Shown: positions 12,260 to 23,293 of the stretch, piece after piece
Position numbering within the stretch: the first letter of the stretch is position 1
Layout of the letters: each line of letters begins with the position of its first letter
NCBI GenBank assembly: GCA_963708135.1
Contig: OY970192.1
Location: 2,624,001 to 2,688,000, forward strand
Origin: an uncultured Gemmatimonadales bacterium
Lineage (GTDB): Bacteria > Gemmatimonadota > Gemmatimonadetes > Longimicrobiales > RSA9
DNA: 64,000 nucleotides
Direction of reading: 5' to 3'
Program-made: the position numbers and the translations under genes
The notes under the pieces: generated by a model
Told to the model about the DNA's origin: nothing
The model's database searches: none
Seen by the model: the letters and a program-made list of their open reading frames with translations, nothing else

Positions 12260-13519
12260 ATGGCGACGAACCTGTCCGACAACGATCTGAAAGTCAGCGT
12301 GGAGGAGCCCGCGGCGTGGTCCCGCCGGCTGACGATCACCGTAGCGGCGGCGCGGGTGGCCCGCGAGCGCCAGGCGGTGGCCCGCCGGCTCGCGGCACGG
12401 GTGCGCCTTCCCGGGTTCCGGAAGGGAAAGGTTCCCGCGTCGGTGCTGGAGAAGCGCTACGGCGGCGCGATCGACAACGAGGCGGTCGAGCGGGTGATCG
12501 AGGAGGCCTACCGGGAGGCGATCGAGCAGCAGGGGTTGCAGCCGATCACGCAGGGCTCGGTCGAGAACCTGAGCTACGAGACGGGCGCGGACCTGACGTT
12601 CGATGTGGCGCTCGAGATCCGGCCGGAGCTCGAGCTGGGGCGGCTGGGCGGCTTCAAGGTGAAGCGCGAGCGCTCGCCGGTGACGGACGAGGACGTCGGG
12701 AAGGTGCTCCATCGGCTGCGCGAGGACCACGCGGTCTGGCATCCGGTGGAGGACGAGGCGCCCGCGCTCGGGGACATGGTCCGGGTGGAGATCACGCCGC
12801 TGGAGGGCGAGGAAGGTGAGGCGGCCCCGTCGCCGCGGCAGTACCGGCTGGTGCTGGGGGAGGAGGAGGCGAGGCCGGAGGTCGAAGAGGCGGCCCTCTC
12901 GCTGCGGCCGGGCGAGGAGAGGGAGCTCTCACTGGTGCACGAGGAGGGGGAAGGCGAGCCGCACGAGCACCGGGCGAGGATCAAGCTGCTCGAGGCCAGG
13001 CGGCCGCAGCTGCCGGAGCTCGATGACGAGTTCGCTCGCGGCGTCGGCGATTTCGAGGATCTCGATTCGCTGCGGGCGCGGGTGCGCGAGGACCTCGAGC
13101 GGGAGTCCGACTCCGAGGCGGAGACCGGGGTGCGCCGCGCGCTCGTGGAGCGCCTCATCGAGGCGAACCCCTTCGAGGTTCCAGGCGCGATGGTCGAGCA
13201 GTATCTGAACCGGCTGATCCGGCCCCGCGAGGGCGCGGACCCGACGCAGATCCAGGCGGCGCGCCTGAGCGCGGGCCCGGCCGCGCAGCATGCGCTCAAG
13301 CGGATGCTGCTGGTGGAGCGTGTCGCGGAGATGGAGAGCCTTGCCGCCACGGCGGCGGACCTGGATGCGAAGCTAGCGGAGCTGGCCGCGCGCTACGAGC
13401 GGACAGTCCCGGAGATCCGGCAGCAGCTGCAGAAGTCGGGGCAGCTGCACGCGCTGGAGGACGAGATCACGGAGGACAAGGTCTTCGGCTACCTGAAGTC
13501 GCTGTCAACGGTGGAGTGA
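12260..13519 (+). CDS. tig: Trigger factor
   Basis: PGFRKGKVP ribosome-binding motif, ELDDEFA, tRNA-Leu-tig-clpP-clpX synteny. Confidence 0.93.
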   Translation: MATNLSDNDLKVSVEEPAAWSRRLTITVAAARVARERQAVARRLAARVRLPGFRKGKVPASVLEKRYGGAIDNEAVERVIEEAYREAIEQQGLQPITQGSVENLSYETGADLTFDVALEIRPELELGRLGGFKVKRERSPVTDEDVGKVLHRLREDHAVWHPVEDEAPALGDMVRVEITPLEGEEGEAAPSPRQYRLVLGEEEARPEVEEAALSLRPGEERELSLVHEEGEGEPHEHRARIKLLEARRPQLPELDDEFARGVGDFEDLDSLRARVREDLERESDSEAETGVRRALVERLIEANPFEVPGAMVEQYLNRLIRPREGADPTQIQAARLSAGPAAQHALKRMLLVERVAEMESLAATAADLDAKLAELAARYERTVPEIRQQLQKSGQLHALEDEITEDKVFGYLKSLSTVE

Positions 13520-13577
13520 GGGGGCGCCCGCGGACGCGGGCGCATGCAGAGGGACGACGAGAGGAACGGACGAACGA

Positions 13578-14207
13578 ATGCCGGTTTACCCGCCTTACGT
13601 GATCGAGCGGACCAGCCGCGGCGAGCGAAGCTACGACATCTTCAGCCGACTGCTGATGGACCGCATCATCTTCCTCGGCACGCCGATCGACGAAACGGTC
13701 GCGAACATCATCATCGCGCAGCTTCTCTTCCTCCAGGCGGAGGATCCGGAGAAGGACATCAGCCTCTACATCAACTCGCCCGGCGGCTCCGTCTATGCCG
13801 GCCTGGCGATTTACGACACGATGCAGTTCCTGACGGCGCCAGTAAACACGATGTGCATGGGGATGGCGGCGTCGATGGGCGCGGTGCTGCTGGCGGCGGG
13901 CACCAGGGGCGGGCGGAGCGCGCTGCCGAATTCGAGGATCATGATCCATCAGCCTTCGGGCGGCAGCCAGGGGACGGCGGCGGATATCGAGATCGCGGCG
14001 AAGGAGATCCTGTACGCGCGGGAGCGGTTGAACGAGATTCTGGCCAAGCACACGGGCCAGTCTCCCGCGCAGGTGGCCGAGGACGTGGACCGGGACCGGT
14101 TCATGAGTCCCGTGGAGGCCAAGGAGTACGGCCTGCTCGACCACGTGGTCGAGCATCGTGGCGAGGTGGTGGAGGCGAGCGCCGGCAAGGGTCCCGCCAA
14201 GACCTGA
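13578..14207 (+). CDS. clpP: ATP-dependent Clp protease proteolytic subunit
   Basis: [28 protein letters not shown] (Ser), HQP (His) and DRD (Asp) motifs. Confidence 0.97.
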   Translation: MPVYPPYVIERTSRGERSYDIFSRLLMDRIIFLGTPIDETVANIIIAQLLFLQAEDPEKDISLYINSPGGSVYAGLAIYDTMQFLTAPVNTMCMGMAASMGAVLLAAGTRGGRSALPNSRIMIHQPSGGSQGTAADIEIAAKEILYARERLNEILAKHTGQSPAQVAEDVDRDRFMSPVEAKEYGLLDHVVEHRGEVVEASAGKGPAKT

Positions 14208-14275
14208 TCCGCCGCTGAAGCCGTCCGGGCGCCGGTGCCCGGGCGAGCGCCCATTCCCGCAGCCAAGTGCGTCCC

Positions 14276-15513
<1,238 letters not shown>

Positions 15514-15517
<4 letters not shown>

Positions 15518-16170
15518 GCGGCGCGCGGGCGAGCGGGGCGGTGGCGATCCGCTCCGTGGAGTTCGCCGGCGCGCTGGCCAGGCCGGGCGGCCGTCCACCG
15601 ACGGGGACGCTGCCGCAGGTGGCGTTCTCGGGCCGCTCGAACGTGGGCAAGTCCAGCCTCATCAACCGGCTCCTCGGCCGGACGCGTACCCCGGTGGCGC
15701 GCACCTCGTCCACACCGGGCAAGACCCGTGAGATAAACTTCTTCGTGGTGCGGGCGGCGAGGGACGGCGAGGGCGTGGAGTTCGCCCTCGTCGACCTGCC
15801 GGGGTACGGCTACGCCCGCGTCCCGCTGGAGGTGCGCGGCGGCTGGCGACCCCTCATCGAGAGTTACCTGGCCGGGACACCAGCGCCGAGGGGCGTGGCG
15901 CAGCTCATCGACGCGCGGCACGGGCCGACCGTGGAAGATGCGAAGATGATCGGGTACCTGGCCGAGCTCGGGCTGCCGGTGATCTTCGTGCTGATGAAGA
16001 TCGACAAGCTGACGCGGTCGGACCGGGCGCAGCAGGTCCGGCGTATCACCGAGAAGCTCGGCGCGGACGCGGAGCAGGTGATCCCCTTTTCGGCGCGAAC
16101 CGGCGAGGGGCGGGAGGTGCTGCTGGAAGCGCTGTCCGCGCTCGTTCACGCCCCTGGAGGTGAGCCTTGA
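15514..16170 (+). CDS. engB: Ribosome biogenesis GTPase YihA/EngB
   Basis: [24 protein letters not shown] and MKIDK motifs; GTG start overlaps the clpX stop. Confidence 0.92.
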
Positions 16171-16829
16171 AGACAGCTCGAGAGTGGACGCTCGCCATCG
16201 CGGCGGCGGCGTGCCTGGCCTGTACGGGCGCCGCGGCGCTTCCCGCGCCACGACCGTCGCCGGTGCGAGACTCCGCATCGGCCGCCTCCTCGCAGCAGCC
16301 CGCACTCGTGCCCGCGGGATACGGCACCCTGCGCCAGGACGTGATCACGATCCAGCTGCGGAGCGGGGCGCTACTCATCAAGGCGACACCGCTGGACGAG
16401 AACGTGATCCGGCTGACCGCGCCGGACACCTACCAGCGACTGCACGCCATGGCGGAGAGCCGGCGCGGTCAGGCGGCCCAGCAGGCGATGATGGACCGCC
16501 CAACCCTGTTCATGGTGACGCTGTTCAGCTATCAGCCGGACGTGACCTACCAGCCGGAGGACCTGCAGCTGCAGCAGCAGGGAGAGGTGCTCCGTCCCGC
16601 TGCGATCATCCCGGTGACGCCCGGCTGGGGGCGGCAGCGCCTGGGGCAGCAGGAGTCGCAGCTCGCGATCTACGCGTTCGACCCCGACGTGGACTTGAGC
16701 CAGCCTCTCAGCGTGCGCTACGAGATGGTCCAGAGCGATGCGTGGACCGGGATCATCCAGACGCTGGACGTGGAGCGCGCGAAGGTGCTGGCGAGGGCGA
16801 AGACGGACAGCGCGGGGACGAAGGACTGA
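16167..16829 (+). CDS. Hypothetical exported protein, possible lipoprotein
   Basis: TTG start overlaps the yihA stop with RBS GGAGG; signal-like N-terminus with ACLAC; coding-like composition. Confidence 0.7.
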   Translation: MKTAREWTLAIAAAACLACTGAAALPAPRPSPVRDSASAASSQQPALVPAGYGTLRQDVITIQLRSGALLIKATPLDENVIRLTAPDTYQRLHAMAESRRGQAAQQAMMDRPTLFMVTLFSYQPDVTYQPEDLQLQQQGEVLRPAAIIPVTPGWGRQRLGQQESQLAIYAFDPDVDLSQPLSVRYEMVQSDAWTGIIQTLDVERAKVLARAKTDSAGTKD

Positions 16830-16879
16830 TCCCACGGCGGCCCCGCGCCGTCCGCCTCGGCGGCGGGGCCGGCCGTCGA

Positions 16880-18469
16880 TCAGAGCGGGATGCCGTACTC
16901 CTTGATCTTGCGATAGAGCGTTCGCTCGCCGATGCCGAGCATCTCGGCGGCGCGGCGACGGTTGCCGTGGACCTCCTTCAGCACGGCGATGATCGCCTCG
17001 CGCTCCATGTCCTGCATGGACATGCCCGGGCGGAAGACGACGACGCCCTCATCCTCCCTGTCCTCTCCACTTCCGCTTTCCGCCTCATCGTGAACGACCG
17101 CGTCCTCGATCGAGCCGGCGGATCGGTGGCGTGCCCCCTCCGCGACGAACGGGTAGGAATAGGCGGGGAGCGCCAGGGGCGGCCGCCCGGCCTCCTGCCT
17201 GTGTCGGAACTCGTCGAACTGGCGGCGCAGCTCCTCCATGTCGATGCGCATCTGGAGCATCGTGTGGAAGATGAACTCGAGCTCCGGGGCCGTGCCCTCG
17301 CCGGTGGTTACGGGCGGGGTGGGGACGTGGACCGGGAGGAGTCTGCTGGCCCGGCCGTCACGGATGGCGAGCGGGATGTCGCTCGGCTCGACCGTCCGGC
17401 CGGGGGAGAGGACGACCATCGACTCGACGAGATTGCGCAGCTCGCGGACGTTTCCGGGCCAGTCGTAACGCATGAGGATGTCGAGGGCCGCCGGAGAGAT
17501 CGAGACCTGTGGCCGGTCGTGCTCCGCGCTGGCGGAACGGATGAAGCGCTGGATGAGGATCGGGATGTCGTGCACGCGGTCGCGCAGTGGCGGCATGTGG
17601 ATGGAGAGCACGTTCAGGCGATAGTAGAGGTCGCGCCGGAAGCTGCCGCGCTCGACGAGGTGACGCAGGTCCTGGTTGGTGGCCGCGATGACGCGGACGT
17701 CAACGCTGATGGACTCCTCGCCGCCGACGCGCATGAACTCGCGCTCTTCCAGGACGCGTAGCAGCTTGCTCTGAGTGGCGGCCGGCATCTCCCCGATCTC
17801 GTCGAGGAAGAGCGTGCCCCTGTGGGCGAGCTCGAAGAAGCCCTTGCGCTGCGCCACGGCGCCCGTGAAGGACCCCTTCTCGTGACCGAACAGCTCCGAC
17901 TCCAGCAGCGTATCGGGGAACGCGGCCACGTTGGCGGCAATGAAGCGCTGGTGCCGGCGCGGCGAGAGCGCGTGGATGCCGCGGGCGACGAGCTCCTTTC
18001 CGGTGCCGCTCTCGCCGGTGATCAGCACGGTCGCGGCGACCGGGGCGATCTGGACGACCCGCTCGACGACTTCTCGCATGGCCTCCGTGTCGCCGACGAT
18101 CCCGGTGATGGCGCGGAAGCGGGCGCGATCGATGAGTCGGCGGCCCACGAGCACGGCCTCCTGGATGTCGATCGGCTTCGCGAGCACCTCGCCAATGCCG
18201 AGGCGGTGCGCCGCCTCCGGGGTGGCCTCGAGCGGGTCGGAGGCGAGGGCGAGCACGGGCACATCGCGCTCGCCGGCCGCGGCCACGAGGGCACGCGAGC
18301 GCCGATCGTGCACTCCGCCGGTGAGGACGAGCAGCACTGGCTCCGCCACGTCGGCTACCGTCTCGTGGGTCGTGAGCAGCTCCACCCGCAGCCCACCTTC
18401 CTGGAAGGCGTCGCGCAACCGCACGGCCGGTTCCAGGTCGGTCGTGGTCACGATGACGGTCTCAGGCAT
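16880..18469 (-). CDS. Sigma-54-dependent enhancer-binding protein with a degenerate receiver-like N-terminus and Fis HTH
   Basis: GESGTGKE, ESELFGHEKGSFTGA, LFLDEIGE, WPGNVRELRN and AAEMLGIGERTLYRK motifs. Confidence 0.92.
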   Translation of the reverse strand: MPETVIVTTTDLEPAVRLRDAFQEGGLRVELLTTHETVADVAEPVLLVLTGGVHDRRSRALVAAAGERDVPVLALASDPLEATPEAAHRLGIGEVLAKPIDIQEAVLVGRRLIDRARFRAITGIVGDTEAMREVVERVVQIAPVAATVLITGESGTGKELVARGIHALSPRRHQRFIAANVAAFPDTLLESELFGHEKGSFTGAVAQRKGFFELAHRGTLFLDEIGEMPAATQSKLLRVLEEREFMRVGGEESISVDVRVIAATNQDLRHLVERGSFRRDLYYRLNVLSIHMPPLRDRVHDIPILIQRFIRSASAEHDRPQVSISPAALDILMRYDWPGNVRELRNLVESMVVLSPGRTVEPSDIPLAIRDGRASRLLPVHVPTPPVTTGEGTAPELEFIFHTMLQMRIDMEELRRQFDEFRHRQEAGRPPLALPAYSYPFVAEGARHRSAGSIEDAVVHDEAESGSGEDREDEGVVVFRPGMSMQDMEREAIIAVLKEVHGNRRRAAEMLGIGERTLYRKIKEYGIPL

Positions 18470-18968
18470 TCGGCTCGGTGTGGCGCTCGGTTTCGATGCC
18501 GCGCAGCAGCTGGACGGCGTGCTCCAGGAGCGGGTCGAGCACGGAGAGGGCATCGCGCACGCCGCCGGCGCTGCCAGGCAGGTTCACGATGAGGGTCCGG
18601 CCGCGCAGCCCGGCGAGTCCCCGCGAGAGCGCGGCGTAGGGCGTCCCCGCGCGGCCATCCGCGCGGATGGCTTCCGCGATGCCGGGAGCCTCCCGCTCGA
18701 GAACGGCGCGCGTGGCTTCCGGCGTGACATCGCGGGTGGTGAAGCCGGTGCCTCCCGTGGTGAGGACGACGTCAACCTCGCCGTGGTCGGCCCAGGCGGC
18801 CAGCGTCGCCACGATGGCGCCGACCTGGTCGGGCACGACGGCCCGCTCCGCGACGCGGAGCTGCCGCCGCTCCGCCCAGCGGAGGAGCGCCTCGCCGCTA
18901 CGGTCCTCGCGCGCCCCGGCCGCCACGCCATCGGAGACGGTCAGGATGCCCATGCGAATCGGTTGCAC
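18462..18968 (-). CDS. mog: Molybdopterin adenylyltransferase, MogA/MoaB family
   Basis: ILTVSD, DRSG, TTGGTGFTTRDVTPEAT and NLPGS motifs. Confidence 0.88.
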   Translation of the reverse strand: MQPIRMGILTVSDGVAAGAREDRSGEALLRWAERRQLRVAERAVVPDQVGAIVATLAAWADHGEVDVVLTTGGTGFTTRDVTPEATRAVLEREAPGIAEAIRADGRAGTPYAALSRGLAGLRGRTLIVNLPGSAGGVRDALSVLDPLLEHAVQLLRGIETERHTEPNA

Positions 18969-18983
18969 GTCGGCTGACCCCCT

Positions 18984-20090
18984 TCAGCGCCGGACGGAGC
19001 CCCTGGTGTAGAAGGGCTTCTTCACGACCTCGGCGGGCATGGCGCGATCGCGGACGACCACCTCGATGGGCGTGCCGACGGCGGCCGCGGCGGCCGGGAC
19101 GTACCCCATCCCGACCCCCTTCTCGAGCGAGGGGCTGTAAAGGCCGCTCGTCACGGTGCCGGCCGACTCGCCGTCCCAGCGGATCTCGTAGCCGTGACGG
19201 GGGAAGCCGCGGTCGTGGAGCACGAAGCCGACCAGCTTCTCGGCCACGCCGCTCTCCTTCTGCGCGCGCAGCGCGGAGGCACCGAGGAAGTTCCCCTTGC
19301 CGAGCTTCGTCACCCATCCGAGCCCCGCCTCCAGCGGGGTGTGCTTGGTGTCCAGATCGTTGCCGTAGAGGATGAGCCCCGCCTCCAGGCGGAGCGAGTC
19401 CCGGGCGCCGAGCCCGACCGGGATCACGCCAGCGGCGGCGCCGGCCTCGAGGATCCGGCGCCAGAGCGGCACGGCATCGTCGGTGTCGATGTAGAGCTCG
19501 AAGCCATCCTCTCCGGTGTAGCCCGTGCGCGAGATCACGGCCGGGCGGCCGGCCACCTTCCCCTGCACGAAGTGGTAGTAGGCGAGGTCGTCGAGATCGA
19601 CATCGACCAGGTGGTCCAGGACGCCGGGGGCGGCCGGGCCCTGGAGGGCGAGGAGCGCGGTCTCGTCGGAGCGATCGGTAAGGGTCGCGCCCTTCGCCTC
19701 GGCGAACCCGGCGATCCAGTCACGGTCGGTGTCCCGGTTCGAGGCGTTGACCACGACCATGTAATGGTCGGGGAAGCGATAGACGAGGCAGTCGTCGAGG
19801 GCGGTGCCGTCCTCCTGGCAGATGACCGAGTACTGCGCCTGCCCGACCTCGAGCGTCGATGCGTCGTTGGTGGTGACGTACTGCACGAGGTCGAGCGCGC
19901 CCTCGCCACGGACCTCCAGCTCCCCCATATGGGAGACGTCGAAGAGCCCTGCGCGCTGCCGCACGGCCGTGTGCTCGGCCACGATCCCGGTGGGGTACTG
20001 CACGGGCATCTCGTAGCCCGCGAAGGGAATCATCCTGCCACCCAGCTCCTGGTGCTCCTCGTAGAGCGGAGTCCGCTTCTCAGCCGCCAT
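18984..20090 (-). CDS. gcvT: Glycine cleavage system aminomethyltransferase T
   Basis: KRTPLY, FDVSHMG, SRTGYTGEDGFE and GLGARDSLRLEAG motifs. Confidence 0.96.
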   Translation of the reverse strand: MAAEKRTPLYEEHQELGGRMIPFAGYEMPVQYPTGIVAEHTAVRQRAGLFDVSHMGELEVRGEGALDLVQYVTTNDASTLEVGQAQYSVICQEDGTALDDCLVYRFPDHYMVVVNASNRDTDRDWIAGFAEAKGATLTDRSDETALLALQGPAAPGVLDHLVDVDLDDLAYYHFVQGKVAGRPAVISRTGYTGEDGFELYIDTDDAVPLWRRILEAGAAAGVIPVGLGARDSLRLEAGLILYGNDLDTKHTPLEAGLGWVTKLGKGNFLGASALRAQKESGVAEKLVGFVLHDRGFPRHGYEIRWDGESAGTVTSGLYSPSLEKGVGMGYVPAAAAAVGTPIEVVVRDRAMPAEVVKKPFYTRGSVRR

Positions 20091-20104
20091 GGTTCCGTCC
20101 TCTC

Positions 20105-21025
20105 TCAGTGTGCCATCAGCTCGACGAGGATCGCCTTCTGCGCGTGCAGCCGGTTCTCCGCCTCCTGAAAGACGCGCGAGCGTGGCCCCTCGATCACTTC
20201 CGCCGCCACCTCCTCACCGCGGTGGGCCGGCAGGCAGTGCAGGAAGATCGCGCGCGCATCGGCGCGCTCCATCAGCATCTCGTCGATGTGGAAACCGCGG
20301 AAGGCGCGCCGGCGCTCCTCCGCCTCCTGCTCCTGCCCCATCGAAGCCCAGACATCCGTGTTGACGACCTCGGCGTGCTCGACGGCTTCGCGGGGGTCGC
20401 GGGTGAGGAGCACCCGCGCCGCCCCCTGCGCACGCTCGAGGATGTCGGGATCCGGGTCGTAGCCTTCGGGGCAGGCCAGGCGGAGCTCGAAGCCGAAGCG
20501 GAACGCGGCGTTGAGCCAGGAGTTGGCCATGTTGTTCCCGTCGCCTACCCAGGCGACGCGCCGGGGCCGGAGATCCTCGCCGAGCTCCTCCTGCACGGTG
20601 AGCACGTCGGCCATCACCTGGCAGGGGTGCAGCAGGTCCGTCAGCCCGTTCACGACCGGGACGGACGCGTAGCGGGCGAGCCGCTCGACGCCCTCGTGGG
20701 AAAAGGTGCGGATCATGATGGCGTCGAGGTAGCGCGAGAGCACGCGTGCGGTGTCCTCGATCGGCTCGCCGCGGCCGAGCTGGATGTCGCGCGAGGAGAG
20801 GAAGAGCGCGTGGCCGCCGAGCTGGTAGGTGCCCACCTCGAAGGAGACGCGCGTGCGCGTGGAGCTCTTCTCGAAGATCATCCCGAGCGTGCGGCCGGCG
20901 AGGGGCATCCCGCGCTCCTTGCCGCTCTTCATGCGGCGGGCGCGGGCGAGGAGAGTGTACAGCTCCTCGGTCGTGAAGTCGGGGATCTGGAGGAAGTCGC
21001 GCTTTTCGGGCATCGGCGTGGTCAC
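20105..21025 (-). CDS. argF: Ornithine carbamoyltransferase
   Basis: FEKSSTRTR, HPCQ, WASMGQE and FLHCLP motifs; start may be ATG 21013. Confidence 0.95.
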   Translation of the reverse strand: MTTPMPEKRDFLQIPDFTTEELYTLLARARRMKSGKERGMPLAGRTLGMIFEKSSTRTRVSFEVGTYQLGGHALFLSSRDIQLGRGEPIEDTARVLSRYLDAIMIRTFSHEGVERLARYASVPVVNGLTDLLHPCQVMADVLTVQEELGEDLRPRRVAWVGDGNNMANSWLNAAFRFGFELRLACPEGYDPDPDILERAQGAARVLLTRDPREAVEHAEVVNTDVWASMGQEQEAEERRRAFRGFHIDEMLMERADARAIFLHCLPAHRGEEVAAEVIEGPRSRVFQEAENRLHAQKAILVELMAH

Positions 21026-21027
21026 GG

Positions 21028-22572
21028 TCAGAGGATGTAGCGGCGCAGGTCCTCGTCATCGGCAATGCGCTGCAGCCGGTCGCGGACGGTGGCGGCATCG
21101 ATCTGGATGGCGGCGCCGCCGGACTCGGGGAGATCGAAGAGGATCTGGTCGAGCAGCGTGGTCAGCACGGTGTGGAGGCGCCGGGCGCCGATGTTCTCGG
21201 TGCGGTCGTTGACCTGTGCGGCGATGCGCGCGATCTCGCGCACGCCCTCGTCGTCGAAGCCGAGCTGGACCCCCTCGGAGGCGACGAGGGCCTCGTACTG
21301 GCGCAGCAGGGCGTTCTTCGGCTCCTGGAGGATGCGGACGAAATCCGTCTCGGTGAGCGCCTGGAGCTCGACGCGGATCGGGAAGCGGCCCTGGAGCTCC
21401 GGGATCAGGTCGCTGGGCTTGGCCACGTGGAAGGCGCCGGCCGCCACGAAGAGGACGTGGTCCGTGCGGATCATGCCGTACTTGGTCTGCACGGTGCTGC
21501 CTTCGACGATCGGGAGCAGGTCGCGCTGGACGCCCTCCCGGCTGACATCCGGTCCGGCGCCGCCGCGCTCCCCGGCGATCTTGTCGATCTCGTCCAGGAA
21601 GATGATGCCTGTGTTCTCGGTGCGATCCAGCGCCTCGTTCACGACCTCGTCCATGTCGACCAGCTTGTCCAGCTCATCCTGCACCAGGATGCGGCGCGCC
21701 TCGGTGATGCTCACGGTGCGCCGCCGGGTCTTCTTCGGCAACATGTCCTGGAGCATCTCCGTGAAGTTCATGTCCATCCCGTCCATGCCACCCATCGGGA
21801 GCATCATGTTCTCGACGTTGGGCGTCTGGGAGACCTCCACGTCAACCGTGCGCTCCTCCAGCTTCCCATCCCGGAGCAGGGTGCGCAGCTTCTCGCGCGT
21901 GCGCTCGCGACGCTCCTGGATCCGGTGTCGCTCATCCTCCTCATCGAGGGCGACCTCTGGCGGCTCCCGCTCCTCCGCGTCGCCGTGAGGGGATACGATG
22001 AAGGCGCGCCGGGAGCGCGGCTCGGAGGGCTCGGCCTGCGCGCCGCCCTCGGGGACGGGGGGCAGAAGCAGGTCCAACAGCCGGTCCTCGACGCGCTGCT
22101 CCGCGAGCTGCTCGACCTCGTCCTCGCGCTCGTCGCGCACCATGTTCACGGCCACGTCCACCAGGTCGCGGACCATGGACTCGACGTCGCGGCCGACGTA
22201 GCCGACCTCGGTGAACTTCGAGGCCTCCACCTTCACGAAAGGCGCACCCGCCAGCCGCGCGAGGCGCCTTGCGATCTCCGTCTTCCCCACGCCCGTGGGA
22301 CCGATGAGGATGATGTTGTTCGGCATGATCTCCTCGCGGAGATCATCCTCGACACGCTGGCGCCTCCAGCGGTTGCGCAGCGCGATGGCCACGGCCCGCT
22401 TGGCCTTGTCCTGTCCCACGATGTACTTGTCGAGCTCCGCCACGATCTGCCGTGGCGTCAGCTGGTCCAGCCATTCGGACGCCTCGGGCGTCGCCTCCGG
22501 CGCGCCCGGCTCCGTCCCCGCTGCCCGCATTTCGGTCCCTTCGTCCGTATCCATGGTAGGCGCGCGGCTCAC
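21028..22572 (-). CDS. hslU: ATP-dependent protease ATPase subunit HslU
   Basis: [33 protein letters not shown] and ENIGARRL motifs; C-terminal RYIL; start approximate. Confidence 0.96.
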   Translation of the reverse strand: MSRAPTMDTDEGTEMRAAGTEPGAPEATPEASEWLDQLTPRQIVAELDKYIVGQDKAKRAVAIALRNRWRRQRVEDDLREEIMPNNIILIGPTGVGKTEIARRLARLAGAPFVKVEASKFTEVGYVGRDVESMVRDLVDVAVNMVRDEREDEVEQLAEQRVEDRLLDLLLPPVPEGGAQAEPSEPRSRRAFIVSPHGDAEEREPPEVALDEEDERHRIQERRERTREKLRTLLRDGKLEERTVDVEVSQTPNVENMMLPMGGMDGMDMNFTEMLQDMLPKKTRRRTVSITEARRILVQDELDKLVDMDEVVNEALDRTENTGIIFLDEIDKIAGERGGAGPDVSREGVQRDLLPIVEGSTVQTKYGMIRTDHVLFVAAGAFHVAKPSDLIPELQGRFPIRVELQALTETDFVRILQEPKNALLRQYEALVASEGVQLGFDDEGVREIARIAAQVNDRTENIGARRLHTVLTTLLDQILFDLPESGGAAIQIDAATVRDRLQRIADDEDLRRYIL

Positions 22573-23108
22573 GGCTCGAGCTCGAGCACCGTCACGTTCT
22601 CGTTCGTGTAGATGCAGATCGCGGCCGCGATCCGGAGCCCCGTGCGCACGATCTCGGCGGCGCTGAGGTCCGAGTGCTCCTTCAGCGCCCGTGCCGCGGC
22701 CAGGGCGTAGCCGCCGCCGCTGCCGATGGTCACGATCTCGTCATCGGGTTCGATGACGTTCCCGTCCCCGCTGATGAGGAAGAGGCGCTCGCGGTCGGCG
22801 ACCGCCAGCAGCGCCTCGAGGCGCCGCAGAAACCGGTCCGTCCGCCAGTCCTTGGCGAGCTCGACACAGGCGCGGGCGAGGTTGCCCGGGTAGCGCTCGA
22901 GCTTCTCCTCGAACTTCTCGAAGAGCGTGAGCCCATCGGCCACCGAGCCGGCAAAGCCCGCCAGGATGCGGCCGTCGGCGAGCTTGCGGACCTTGCTGGC
23001 GGAGGCCTTCATGACGGTGTCGCCCATGGTGACCTGGCCATCGCCGCCGAGGGCCACGCGGCCGCGGTGGCGAACGGCGACGATCGTCGTGCCGTGGAAT
23101 TCCGGCAT
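22569..23108 (-). CDS. hslV: ATP-dependent protease subunit HslV
   Basis: HG-TTI (N-terminal Thr), GDGQVT, IGSGG and ICIYTN motifs. Confidence 0.96.
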   Translation of the reverse strand: MPEFHGTTIVAVRHRGRVALGGDGQVTMGDTVMKASASKVRKLADGRILAGFAGSVADGLTLFEKFEEKLERYPGNLARACVELAKDWRTDRFLRRLEALLAVADRERLFLISGDGNVIEPDDEIVTIGSGGGYALAAARALKEHSDLSAAEIVRTGLRIAAAICIYTNENVTVLELEP

Positions 23109-23293
23109 TGCCTCCTCCTTCGCGTCCTGGATGGCTGACCGCCCCGGGAATCTGGGGCCTCCACCGATTGTTCGCTACCGGGCGAGGTTCTTCGAGGGGC
23201 GCGTCGGGGATTGAGGCCGCACGCGGGTGTCCACGTCACGCCGGGAGCTTCCGGGCCGATCCGGACCCGAACGCCAGCGTTGTGGCAACGGGA

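Noticed and set aside
12150..12260. tRNA-Leu as an integration site
   Set aside because: Followed directly by tig in the usual synteny; no duplicated tRNA 3' end or integrase seen
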